From Mobula hypostoma (lineage: Eukaryota): a stretch of 64,000 nucleotides of DNA. Position numbers and translations under genes: made by a program. Shown one piece after another: positions 23,875 to 35,562 of the stretch; the first letter of the stretch is position 1; every line of letters begins with the position of its first letter. The stretch spans positions 85,314,001 through 85,378,000 of the forward strand of contig NC_086097.1 of the NCBI RefSeq assembly GCF_963921235.1, given 5' to 3'. Below the pieces are notes generated by a model that was not told the DNA's origin, ran no database searches, and saw only the letters and a list, made by a program, of their open reading frames with translations.

Positions 23875-26800
23875 GTTCAACCTGAAATTTGACAGGGAGA
23901 AGGTAAAGTCTGATATAGCAGTATTTCAGTAGAGTAAAGGAAATTACAATGGTTTGAGCAAGGAGCTGGCCAAAGTAAATTGAAAGGAGATGCTGGCAAG
24001 GATGTCAGCAGAGTAGAAATGGCTTGAGTTTCTGGAAAAAAATGAGGAAGGTGCAGGATAGATGTATTCCAAAAATAAAGAAACACTCAAATGGCAAAAT
24101 AGTACAACCGTGACTGACAAGGGAAGTCAAAGCTAATGTAAAAGAAAAAGGGAGGGTATGCGACAAAACAAAAATTAGTAGGAAGATTTAGAGGATTAGG
24201 AAGCTTTTGAAAACCTACTGAAAGTCACTAATAGAATCATTAGGAGGGAAAAAAATGAAATATAATAGCAAGCTAGTAAACAATATCAAGGTGGATAGAA
24301 AAAGCTTTTCCAAGTAAAAGAGAGATGAGAGGCAGGAGTTATGAATATTTTGAGAGGCATAATATGATTAGGGATAGTCAGCATGGCTTTGTGAAAGGCA
24401 GATTGTGCCTTACGAGCCTGATTGAATTTTTTGAGGATGTGCCTAAACACATTGATGAAGGAAGAGCAGTAGATGTAGTGTATATGGATTTCAGCAAGGC
24501 ATTTGATAAGGTGCCCCGTGCAAGGCTTATTGAGAAAGTAAGGAGGCATGGGATCCAAGGGGACCTTGCTTTGTGGATCCAGAATTGGCCTGCCCACAGA
24601 AGGCAAAGAGTGGTTGTAGACGGGTCATATTCTGCATGGAGGTTGGTCACCAGTGGTGTGCTTCAGGGATCTGTTCTGGGACCTTTTCTCTTTGTGATTT
24701 TTATAAGTGACCTGAATGAGGATCTGGAGGGATGTGTTAGTAAATTTGCTGATAACACAAACATTGGAGGTGTTGTAGATAGTGTGGAGGGCTATCAGAG
24801 GTTACAGCGGGACATCGATTGGGTGCAAAACTGGGCTGAGAAGTGGCAGATGGAGTTCAACCCTGATAAGTGTGAGGTGGTTCATTTTGGTAGGTCAAAT
24901 ATGATGACAGAATATAGTATTAATGGTAAGACTCTTGGCAGTGAGGAGGATCACAGGGATCTTGGGGTCCCAGTCCAAAGGTTGACTGTGTGATTAAGAA
25001 GGCATACGGTTCATTGGCCTTCGTCAACCGTGGGATTGAGTTCACGAGCCGAGAACCCTGGTCAGACCTCACTTGGAGTTCTCTGCTCAGTTCTGGTCAC
25101 CTCACTACAGGAAGGATGTGGAAACTATAGAAAGGGTGCAGAGGAGATTTACAAGGATGTTGACTGGATTGGGGAGCATGCCTTATGACAATAGGTTGAG
25201 TGAACTTGGCCTTTTCTCCTTGGAGCGATGGAGGATGAGAGGTGACCTGATAGAGGAGTATAAGATGATGAGAGGCATTGATCATGTGGATAGTCAGAGG
25301 CTTTTTCCCAGGGCTGAAATGGCTAACATGAGAGGGCATAGTTTTAAGGCACTTGTAAGTAGGTACAGAGGAGATGTCAGGAGAAAGTATTTTTACACAG
25401 AATGGTGAGTGCGTGGAATGGGCTGCTGGCGATGGTGGTGGAGGCAGATACCATAGGGCTTTTTAAGAGACTCCTGGATAGATACTTGGAGCTTAGAAAA
25501 ACAGAGGGCTATGGATAACCCTATGTAATTTCTAAGGTAATTACATGTTTGGCACAGCATTGTAGGCCGAAGGGCCTGTATTGTGCAGTAGGTTTTCTAT
25601 GCTTCTTTGAGAGTGGATATAGGACCACCAGAAAATGAGGCCAGAGAAATAATAACAGGGGACACGGAGATGGCAGATGAACTAAATGAGTAGTTTGCAT
25701 CAGTCTTCACTATGGAAGACACTAGCAGTGTGCCGGAGGTTGAAAGAGAAGAGAAGTGAGGGAAGAGAAGTGAGTGCAGTTACGATTACAAGGGAGAAGG
25801 TGCTAAAAAGCTGAAAGACCTAAGGGTACATAAGTCAGCCGGACCAGATGAACTGCATCCTAGGGTTTTGGAAGAGGTAGTGGTAGAGATAGTGGAGGCA
25901 TTAGTAATGATCTTTCAAGAATCATTGAACTCTAGCACGGTGCCAGAGGACTGGAAAATTGCAAATGTCACTCCACTCTTTAAGAAAGGAGGAAGGCAGC
26001 AGAAATTATAGACCAGTTAGCCTGACCTCAGTGGTTGTGAAGATGTTGGAGTCAATTGTTAAGGATGATGTTGTAGATTACTTGATGACACAGGACAAGA
26101 TACGACAAAGTCAGCATGGTTTCCTTAGAAAATCTTGCCTGACGAACCTCTTGGAATTTTTTGAGAAGATTACAAGTAGGACAGATAAAGAGGATGCAGC
26201 AGATATTATGTATTTGGACTTTCAGAAGGCCTGTGACAAGTGCTACAAATGAGGCTGCTTACCAAATTAAGAACCCATAGTATTACAGGAAAGTTACTGA
26301 CATGGATAGAGCAGTGACTGATTGGTAGGAGGCAGCGAGTAGGAATAAAAGGATCCTTTTCTGTTTAGCTGTCAGTACTAGTGGTTTTCTGTAGGGGTTG
26401 GAGTTGGGACCACTTCTTTTTATGCTGTATATCAGTGATTTAGATGATGGAATAGATTTGCAGATTCTATTAAGATTGGTGGAGGAGCAGGTAGTGTTGA
26501 GGAAACAGGAAGGCTGCAGAAGGACTTAGACAGATTAGGAGAATGGGAAAGAAAGAGGCAAATGAAATACAATGTTAGAAAATGGATGGTCATGTAGTTT
26601 GGTAGTAGAAATAAATGTGCAGACTATTTTCTAAATGGGGAGAAAATCCGAAAATCTGAGATGAAAAGGGATTTGGGAGTCCTTGTGCAGAACACCCTAA
26701 AGGTTAACCTGTGGGTAGGGTTGGTGGTGAGAAAGACACATGCAATGTTAGCATTCATTTCAAGAACTCTAGAATACAAGAGCAGGGATGTGATGCTGAC

Positions 26801-27392
26801 ACTTTATAAGGAACTGGTGAGGCCTCACCTTGAGTATTGTGAACAGTTTTGTGCTCGTCATCTAAGAAAAGATGTGCTAGCATTGGAGAGAGTTCAGAGG
26901 AGGTTCACAAGGATGATTCCAGGAATTGAAAGAGTTGTCATACGAGGAACATTTGATAGCTCTCGATTTGTACTTACTGGAATTTAGAAGGATGAGAGAG
27001 GATCTCATTGAAACCTTTCAAATGTTGAAAGGCCTAGACAGAAAAGATGTGAAAAGGATATTTCCCATGGTGGGGGAGTCTAGGACAAACGGGCACAGCC
27101 TCAGGATAGAGGGGCATCCATTTAAAACAGAGATGCGGAGAAGTTTCTTTAGCCAGAGGGTGGTGAATTTGTGGAATTTATTATCACATGCAGCTGTGGA
27201 GGCCAGGTTGTTGGGTATATTTAAGGTGGAGATTGATAGGTTCTTGATTGGCCATGGCATCAAAGGTTACAGGGAGAAGTCCAAGGAGTGGGGCTGAGGA
27301 AGGGAAACAAGGATCAGCCATGATTGAATGGCAGGTCAGACTTGATGGGCCAAATGGCCTAATTGTGCTCCTATGTCTTATGGTCTTGTGGT
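23875..27392 (+). mobile_element. CR1 LINE (degenerate) hosting a nested CR1
   Basis: NYRPVSLTS, QHGF, VRPHLEYC, FFSQRVVNLWN; (TCTTATGG)-type tail. Confidence 0.9.
24332..25607 (+). mobile_element. Nested CR1 (different subfamily), TSD TGAGAG
   Basis: ORF 24325-24993 RT core; TSD at 24326-24331 and 25608-25613 rejoins host GATGAGAGTGGATATAGG. Confidence 0.9.
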
Positions 27393-27664
27393 TTTATTCC
27401 TTGACCATTCCCAGCAAGCCCAAATGCTCTCAAACATTCATACTGTTTTTGCTACTGGTGACTTCACATGCATGTAACAGTTTTCCATTACATTCATCAG
27501 GCCAGGGGAATGCATTGTTTAATTGAGCCAAAGTGGACCCCGTTGTTTTCTCTTGATTAAATAAAGAACCAATGAACACCCTTCTGTTCACTTGTTTATG
27601 ACAAGAGGCTGAGTAAGGAATATAGGAAGTTTAACTTACTCAAAAACAACAGCAGCTGCAAGTT

Positions 27665-30600
27665 ATTCTCAAAGGGGAAGGGGAACAGCCAGAGGTTCTT
27701 GTCAACATTGGCACCAATGACAGGCAGAAAAAGGGAAGAGGTGCTACACAGTGAGTTTATAAAGTTAGGAAAGAAGCTGAAGAGAGGGACTTCTATGGTT
27801 GTAATCTATGGATTATTCCCTGTGCCACAGGCTTGTGCAGGTAGGAATGGAGTGATAGCACGGCTGAATAAATGGCTGAGAAGATGGTGTAGGGGGCAGT
27901 GTTTCAAGTTCTTGGATCATTGAAACATTTTCTGGGGAAGGGGTGACCTGTACAAGATGGACAGGTTGCACCTGAACTGGAGGGGAACCAATATCCTATC
28001 TGGGAGGTTTGCTAATGCTACTCAGGAGAGTTTAAACTCATTTTTCAGGGGGTGAGAATCAGAGGCCCAAGTCAGTAATGATCGGACCAGAAGTCAGGGA
28101 AAGTATTGAAAGGAAAACCAAAATAGCAGGTATGATGGGTCAGATAGTTTGAAGTATATATTTTAATGCTAGGAGTATTATGGGTAACAGTGATGAACTT
28201 CGAGCATGGATCAGTACATGGTACAACGATGTTGCAGCCATTACTGAAACATGGTTGAGCTAGGGACAGGAATGGGTGATTAATGCACCAGCTTTTCAAA
28301 GGTTTAGAAAAGATAGAGGAGGAGGTAAAAGAGGAGGAGGGAGCTACACTACTAATCGGGGACAATATCACAGCTGCACTCAGAGACAAAATAGTGGGAC
28401 AGACACTTAGTCGACTTGGGAGGAACTCAAAATAGGAAGGGTGCAATCACACTGATGGGATTGTACTACATAACCCCTAATAGCCACTGGAACATTGAGA
28501 AACAGATACGTATTCGGATTAAGGAATTATGTAAGAATAATAGGTTTGTTGTCATGGGGGATTTCAACTTCCCTAATATAAACTGCAGCCTTCTTAGTGT
28601 AAGGGGTTTTACAAGGGGCAGAATTTGTTAAATGTATCTAGGAATGTTTCTTAAATCATTTTGTGGATGGTCCAATGAGAGAAGAGGCCGTACTGGACCT
28701 GGTGTTGGTAATGAGCCTGGCCAGGCGACGGACTTTTCAGTGGGCGAACAGTGACCACAACTTCTCAAATTTCAGGATAGCTATAGATAATGTTAAGTAT
28801 GGTCTTTGTAAGAGAGTTTTAGTTTGGAGTAGGGAAAGTTACGAGGGCATTAGGCAGGAACTGAGAAGAGTTAATTGGGAATGTCTTTTTTCTGGCTAAT
28901 CCACATCGGACATGTGGAGGGTACTTAAAGATCAATAGCATAGTGTGCAGGAAAGGTATTTTCCTGTTAAAAGGAAGGACAGGGATGGAAAGATAAGAGA
29001 ACCTTGCATGTCCAGAGATGTGATGAATCTAGTCAAGAAGAAGAAAAGTATGTAACGCTTAAGAAGTTAGGGTTAAATGAATCATGAGGAGTATAAAGAA
29101 GTCAACAAAGAACTAGAGAAGGGAATTAGGAAAACCAGGAGGGGCCATGGAAAGTCCTTACCAAGCAGAATTAAGATGAATCCCATGTCACTCTATGCCT
29201 TCATCACGAGCAAGAGGATAACTAGGAAGAAGGTGGGACCAGTTAGAGATAAAGAGGGGAACACTTGTTTGAATGCAGAGAATGTGAGTGAGGTACTTAA
29301 TGAGAACTTTGCTTCAGTATTTTCCAAGGAAAAGGATATGGAGGACCAGGAGGTCAGTGTTAGGTGTATAAATACGTTAGGTCATTTGGAGGTCAAGGAA
29401 GAGGAAGTGTTGGGCCTCCAAATGAGTATTAAAGTGGATGGCCCCAGGACCTGATGGGATTTACCCCAGGTTATTGAAGGAGAAAGACAAGATTGCTGGG
29501 GCCTTGACCAGCATCTTCGTGTCCTCTCTATCTAAAGGCAAGGACCCGATGGACTGGTGAGTGGTTAATGTTGTATCGCTACTTATGAAAGGAAGAAGGG
29601 AAAATCCTGGGGACTATAGTCTGGTGAGTTTCATGTGAGCTGTAGGGAATTGGCTGAAGAAAGCTCTTAGAGATAGGGTATATGAGGGCCGGCTGGTGGC
29701 CCAATGGCATCGGTGCTGGACCCGGGAGCAGAGGTTCCCGGGTTCGAAACCTGTCAAGTCCGCTCCCGAGTATGGTTTCCATCTGTGCCAGGTTGAGTGT
29801 CGAGATCGCAACTCGACCTTGTAAAATAAAGGGAAAAGTACTGTGAAAATGTCTGTGTGAGGAATGGTGCGCCACACAGTCTCTCTCTCACTCCACGCCT
29901 TGTAAAAACCATGAAAAAGACGTCATCACAGACGCACGCACGCACGCCCAGATGTGCACACACGCAGACACACACGCACAGACTTGCATGCACGCAGGCA
30001 CACGCAAATAAAAAAAGAGATAGGGTATATGAGCATTTGGAAATGCATGGACTAATTAGGGAGAGCCAGCATGGCTTTGTGCATGGCAGGTTTGCCTTAT
30101 CAACTTTATTGAGTTTTTTGGCAAGGTGACAAGAGAGATTGGTGAGAGTAGGGTAGTGGAAGCTGTCTACATAGATTTTAGTAAGGCATTTGGCGAAGTT
30201 CCTCATGGGAGGCTAATCCAGAAGTTTAAGGTCCACAGTGAATTGGCTGTTTGGATTCGGAAGGTCTTGAGAATAGAAGATATTTGGTAGTGGTTGAAGG
30301 GACATATTTGAACTGAGGTCTGCAATTAGTGGAGTTCTACAGGGAAGTGTGCTGGGACCGCTGCTGTTTGTGATGCATGTAAATGAGATGGATGAAAATG
30401 TAGATGGGTGGGTTAGTAAATTTGTGGACAATACCAAGACTGGCGGAGCTGTGGACAATGTAAAAGACTAGCAAAGAACATAGCATGATATAGATTAGTC
30501 ACAGACATGGGGTGGAAAATGACAGATGATGTTTAACCCAAATAAATGTGAAGTGTTGCACCTCAGTAGGCAAATGCAAGGAGACAGTGTTGCTGGGCAG

Positions 30601-30785
30601 AGAGATCTTGGGATCCAAGTTCATAGCTCCTTGAAAGTGGCTACACAAGACGATAAGGCAGTTAAGAAGGTTAGTCCCAAACTGGGATTCGTGTTTTGGT
30701 GTTTTTGATTTGCTTTTAGCTAGTTCGTCACAACATTGTGGGCTGAATGGCCTGTCCTGTGCAGTATTGTTCTCTGTTTTATGTT
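27665..30785 (+). mobile_element. Long decayed CR1: ORF1 SGNH-esterase part, APE endonuclease and RT remnants
   Basis: EQPEVLVNIGTND and DRLHLNWRGTN (ORF1); AITETWL, VMGDFNFPNIN, VLDLVL, SDHN (APE); QHGF. Confidence 0.88.
29687..30015 (+). mobile_element. tRNA-derived SINE with 18-bp TSD and A-tail
   Basis: A box TGGCCCAATGG 29697-29707; B box GGTTCGAAACC 29741-29751; TSD AGAGATAGGGTATATGAG at 29669-29686 and 30016-30033. Confidence 0.92.
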
Positions 30786-31239
30786 GAATGCTCTAACTCT
30801 TTGAACCCCTGGAAGAGTCCACACCTGTGTTAGAAAGCTGATCAAGGCAAAAAGGCTTCCTGGGCCCTGATCAGTGAACATTTTCCAAGAACTTTGACTC
30901 AGTGAGGTGTTATTGAAAGAGCTTTCTTCCAGAGGAGTTGTTAAAATTTAGCTATTTCTTCTTACTTAGCTGAGCACGATAATTGAGATAAAACAAATCA
31001 ATTCTTCAGCCAACATTCAACCTCGACCACCATTCATCCCAAGGCCAAGAGGCTACTTCTGATCAACAACGTACTCTTGACTAAAATTTATCACTACATC
31101 AAATTGAGCCACATGTATCCGTCTTCATTTCTTGATCACTAACACTACCAACAACAAATTAATTGATTAATTATCAGTTGGGGATCATGGTATTTTGTCA
31201 TGTGACAGTCGATTGTGATTGACCTACAGTTGCTAGACT

Positions 31240-31425
31240 TGAATGAAATCTGAAATAAAAAGCAGAAGTACAGTACATGGGTAGAAAGAGAAATGGGGTT
31301 TGCATTTTAGATCAAAATTTTAACTCTGTTTTTCTTTCCAAAAATACTACCTGACTTGCTGAATGTTTCCAGCAATGTTTTAATTTCTGATTTCCAGCTT
31401 CTTCAGTTTGTTTTTATTTTAGATT
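31240..31425. mobile_element. Highly degenerate Penelope-derived palindrome
   Basis: TACCTGACTTGCTGAATGTTTCCAGCA...GATTTCCAGC; left GAAATCTGAAATAAAAAGCAGAA. Confidence 0.5.
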
Positions 31426-32609
31426 AATCTTTGGAAATGTTAAGCATTTGTGTTAAGCATAACGTGTTCTTTAAATCTCCAGGCAAAATCAGCAGCTTTC
31501 TGTTTAATTAACCGTGAGTTTTTTCTTTGCTGTCATGAGTTACAATAAGCTCTCACTTGCCACGTGTATGCATAGATAAAGCAGAGGATAAAGGCTTTCT
31601 GAATAGTTTGATAAAAGGAAGGAGTTCAAAAATAACACAGAATTTAGTTATTGTTTCCTGTTCTTTTCAGACCCTTTGCACAAATGCTATTTTTGGCTGA
31701 AAGAATGTGCATTTTTAATTGTAGCTGTCAGTGGAAGCTTACTGGAGTGATAACCTTTGCAAGGGTGCCTCAGAAGTTGTTGTTATCATCATAAATAAGT
31801 TCAAGATTTCAGGCCCTCTAATGGTCTAATTTGCATTGAAATATATCCCTGAATCACAAAGTTATGACTGCTAAACAATAGCAACATAGCAGTAGCTTCC
31901 AGTGCCAGCTCTCTAACTGACAGGCATCTGAAGCAGACTCTGGGCAGCTAGAGTGGACATTTTAGATGTTTCCTTTCGTAGGCAGAATATAATGAGTCAT
32001 TGGCACCAAATGCTTACAAATTAGAGATGATTTGGTCTGATGTCTGCTGTAGTTTAAGGTCACGTTGCTCTCAAACTATAGCATTTTGTCATCACTTTGA
32101 CAGCCTCAAGCGGTAGCTTAAAGGGGGTGGGGAAGCTGCTAGTTAATTTTCTGAGCCATTAGACTATAACTACAGAGATTCACAGCAAAGAGGATTAAAG
32201 ATCTTCTGATGGATAGCTCTCAATATCAGGCTTCACATTTTAATGGGAATCTTTGATGCTTTGATGCTTTCATTCTTCAGAATCCTCATCAATTTCCCGC
32301 ATTATGGATGTGTCAGGAAGTTTAATTTTATTTTTTAATATGTTTCTACAGCCAGGCGCAATCCCACCTGAAAGGATTATGCTTTAAATTAAATACTTTT
32401 CTGATACTCTGTCAGTTTGACTTATTAGTTAGCAGTGCAGTTGAAACTTATGAATTCTAACTCATAGAGTCATAGAACTGTTACAAATGAAAAGGAGACC
32501 ATTTGGCCCATCAAATCTATGCTCGGTCCTAGTATTGTAATCCGGTCAGTCCCATTCTTCAACTTTTCTTCATGGTCCTGCAGACTACTGGGTGAGTGGG
32601 AAGGAGAAA

Positions 32610-32758
32610 AGAGTCGTGTTTTGCCGTTGTGTTTTGTTGCTGTCGTTGTGCTGTTCTGCTGAAAATTGTGGGCATGTCAGGCGTGGCTTCACTTGTAGAC
32701 CGCCCCCAGCACATCCTCAGGTTGTGCTGGCTGTTAACGCAAACAACGCATTTCACTC
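32610..32758 (+). mobile_element. 3' part of Rex1-tailed SINE/LINE, same as 4585-4700 reversed
   Basis: CCCAGCACATCCTCAGGTTGTGCTGG...GCATTTCACT. Confidence 0.6.
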
Positions 32759-32760
32759 TA

Positions 32761-33077
32761 CAAGGGGAGATTGATAAATTTGTGGCCTAAAGTAGAAGGA
32801 GTCAATTTTAGAAAACTTAGCACATTCATTTTTCAACATAGTCCCCTCCTACACTTAATCCAGCGGTTGTGGAGCATACGGATCTTGGACCTCCAGAAAG
32901 TGTCCACAGCAGGGGTGATTGATAAGTTCGTGGCCTAAGGTAGAAGGAGATGAGTTATACAGCTCTTGTTACATGCACATGCAGTTCAACTCTTTGAGTG
33001 ATTATGCAGAAAGTTTGAAGTTAATAACTCATCGGGGTGATTGATAAGTTTGTGGCCTAAGGTAGAAGGAGATGAGT
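32761..33077 (+). mobile_element. Mariner-type MITE remnant with three direct copies of a TIR-like motif
   Basis: TA then GGGGTGATTGATAAGTTYGTGGCCTAAGGTAGAAGGA-like motif at 32764, 32912 and 33034. Confidence 0.7.
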
Positions 33078-33828
33078 TTCCACCTCCCCTACAATTCCAG
33101 ATCATTACCCCATGTTGAGATTAGGCCCATAATCCAGATTTATACTTACATTGTTGGACAAAATAAGAGTTGCATTGAAAGAATTGGTTTGAATACTATC
33201 AATCAACTAACAATTTAGCAAATTACTAACAAAATATGTGTACCTTATGAACAAAACTGAGGTTTCAAATTAAACCAGGTTTCCCTAGTGATTATATACT
33301 GCATACGGCAGAAACTGTTTGGAAGTCCAAAATATCATACCCAGTGCCTGCACAGATCAGTGGCGCGTGCATTCTGTTGAGAGTATAGACACCATCCTGC
33401 GTACAATGAGGCTAGGTAGCCAAACTGGTTATGATGTTGTTCCCTGCTCAGCTGATCCCTGCGATGCTATTTGTAAATGTACGGTCATGTCAATGACCTT
33501 TCTTAAACGCACACAGCCGAACATGCATTTTGACACAGAAAGGATTCATTCCTTAATAAGATAAAAGATCATCGTTCTATTTCTTTCTCCAGAGATCTGC
33601 CTGAACTGCTGATTATTTGTAACTATTTTGATTCTGAAGCAGGCGTGCTTGGTTTGTCCCATTTCTGATCATAAGAGTATCTACAACTATTGAACATGTA
33701 TAATGGAGCAAACTCTCCATTGTATTGTGAAGAAGAGACTTAAGAAAAGGAGTAGAGCACTATTCAACATCCTGAACCATTATACAACATAGCACCTTCC
33801 TCTTGCACACACCCACATGAATATCTAG

Positions 33829-34737
33829 TATAGAAACATAGAAACATAGAAAATAGGTGCAGGAGTAGGCCATTCGGCCCTTCGAGCCTGCACCGCCATT
33901 TATTATGATCATGGCTGATCATCCAACTCAGAACCCAGCCTTCCCTCCATACCCCCTGACCCCTGTAGCCACAGGGGCCATATCTAACTTCCTTTTAAAC
34001 ATAGCTAATGAACTGGCCTCAACAGTTTGCTGTGGCAGAGAATTCCACAGATTCACCACTCTCTGTGTGAAGAAGTTTTTCCTAACCTCGGTCCTAAAAG
34101 GCTTCCCCTCTATCCTCAAACTGTGACCCCTCGTTCTAGACCTCCCCAACATCGGGAACAATCTTCCCGCATCTAGCCTGTCCAATCCCTTTAGGATCTT
34201 ATACGTTTCAATCAGATCCCCCCTCAATCTTCTAAATTCCAACGAGTACAAGCCCAGTTCATCCAGTCTTTCTTCATATGAAAGACCTGCCATCCCAGGA
34301 ATCAATCTGGTGAACCTTCTTTGTACTCCCTCTATGGCAAAGATGTCTTTCCTCAGATTAGGGGACCAAAACTGCACACAATATTCCAGGTGTGGTCTCA
34401 CCAAGGCCTTGTACAACTGCAGTAGTACCTCCCTGCTCCTGTACTCGAATCCTCTCGCTATAAATGCCAGCATACCGTTCGCCTTTTTCACCGCCTGCTG
34501 TACCTGCATGCCCACTTTCAATGACTGGTGTATAATGACACCCAGGTCTCGTTGCACCTCCCCTTTTCCTAATCGGCCACCATTCAGATAATAATCTGTT
34601 TTCCTATTTTTGCCACCAAAGTGGATAACTTCACATTTATCCACATTAAATTGCATCTGCCATGAGTTTGCCCACTCAGCCAACCTATCCAAGTCACCCT
34701 GCATCCTCTTAGCATCCTCCTCACTGCTAACACTGCC
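33829..34737 (-). mobile_element. Young CR1 3' fragment, uninterrupted ORF2 C-terminus
   Basis: ORF 33928-34704 (258 aa) without stops, near-identical to 8064-8993. Confidence 0.96.
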
Positions 34738-34784
34738 GTTTAACCAGCAGATTTCTAATACATGATTTTATTTATGTTTCTGGT

Positions 34785-35562
34785 TTTAAGATGAAAGTGG
34801 GGGGATGAAGGTTAAAAGGGATGTGCAAGACGAGTCTTCTTACGGAGGGAGTGGTAGGCAGCTGGAATACACTGCCAGTGAAAATGGTACAAGCCAATCC
34901 AATAGAAATGATTAGGAGGCAAACACATGAACAGACAAGGTATAGAGGGATATCGGCCATCTACAGGTAGATGGAATTAGTACTGCGCAAAGGTCTTCAG
35001 CACATGTATATACTTAGGGTGCTTAATACCTTTGCACAGTATTGTAGTAATTTTATGTATTGTACTGCACTGCTGCAAAAAAAAAACAAATTTCATGACA
35101 TATGTGAGTGATGATAAACCTGATTCTGACATAGGTCTCTATTGTGGTCTGAGAGTGGGAAGGGGAAGGGGAGAGGGGAATCATGGTTGGGAAAAGGGGA
35201 AGGAGCAGGAAGCACCAGAGAGACACTTTGTAATGACCAATAAACCTATTGTTTGGAATCCAGTGGCCTTGCCTGGTGTCTCAGAGCCGGGTGTGTCTGC
35301 ACCCACACCACCTCCACCCTGGTACTCCTTTTTTCTCACCTGCTCCACACTCCTCCTGTGGTGCTCCACCCTCGCCATTCCCAACATCCTTTGTTCCTGC
35401 CAGATTTACAAACTCACTCTCTGTTTCACACTTCAAAATACAGTACTGTGCAAAAGTCTTAGGCACCCTAGCTATATATAAGTAATTAAGACTCTTGCAC
35501 AGTACTGTAGGGTCAGCATGAGCATGATGGGCCAAAGGGCCAGTGCTGTACTCTCCTATGCT
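34785..35562 (+). mobile_element. Old CR1 3' end interrupted by composite MITE
   Basis: GTGGTAGGCAGCTGGAAT before; GATGGGCCAAAGGGCC...TGCTGTACTCTCCTATG after. Confidence 0.7.
34978..35507. mobile_element. Composite element bounded by two palindromic 67-bp Tc1-type MITEs
   Basis: CAGTACTGTGCAAAAGTCTTAGGCAC...CTTGCACAGTACTG-type units at 34978-35044 and 35441-35507; TA flanks clear at three of four ends. Confidence 0.8.

Noticed and set aside
29687..29765. tRNA gene
   Set aside because: A and B boxes present but no convincing cloverleaf; lies at the head of a TSD-flanked SINE
32761..33077. Three 37-bp direct repeats as a CRISPR array
   Set aside because: Spacers are about 85-110 bp and unequal, there are no cas genes, the DNA is eukaryotic, and the motif looks like a mariner TIR
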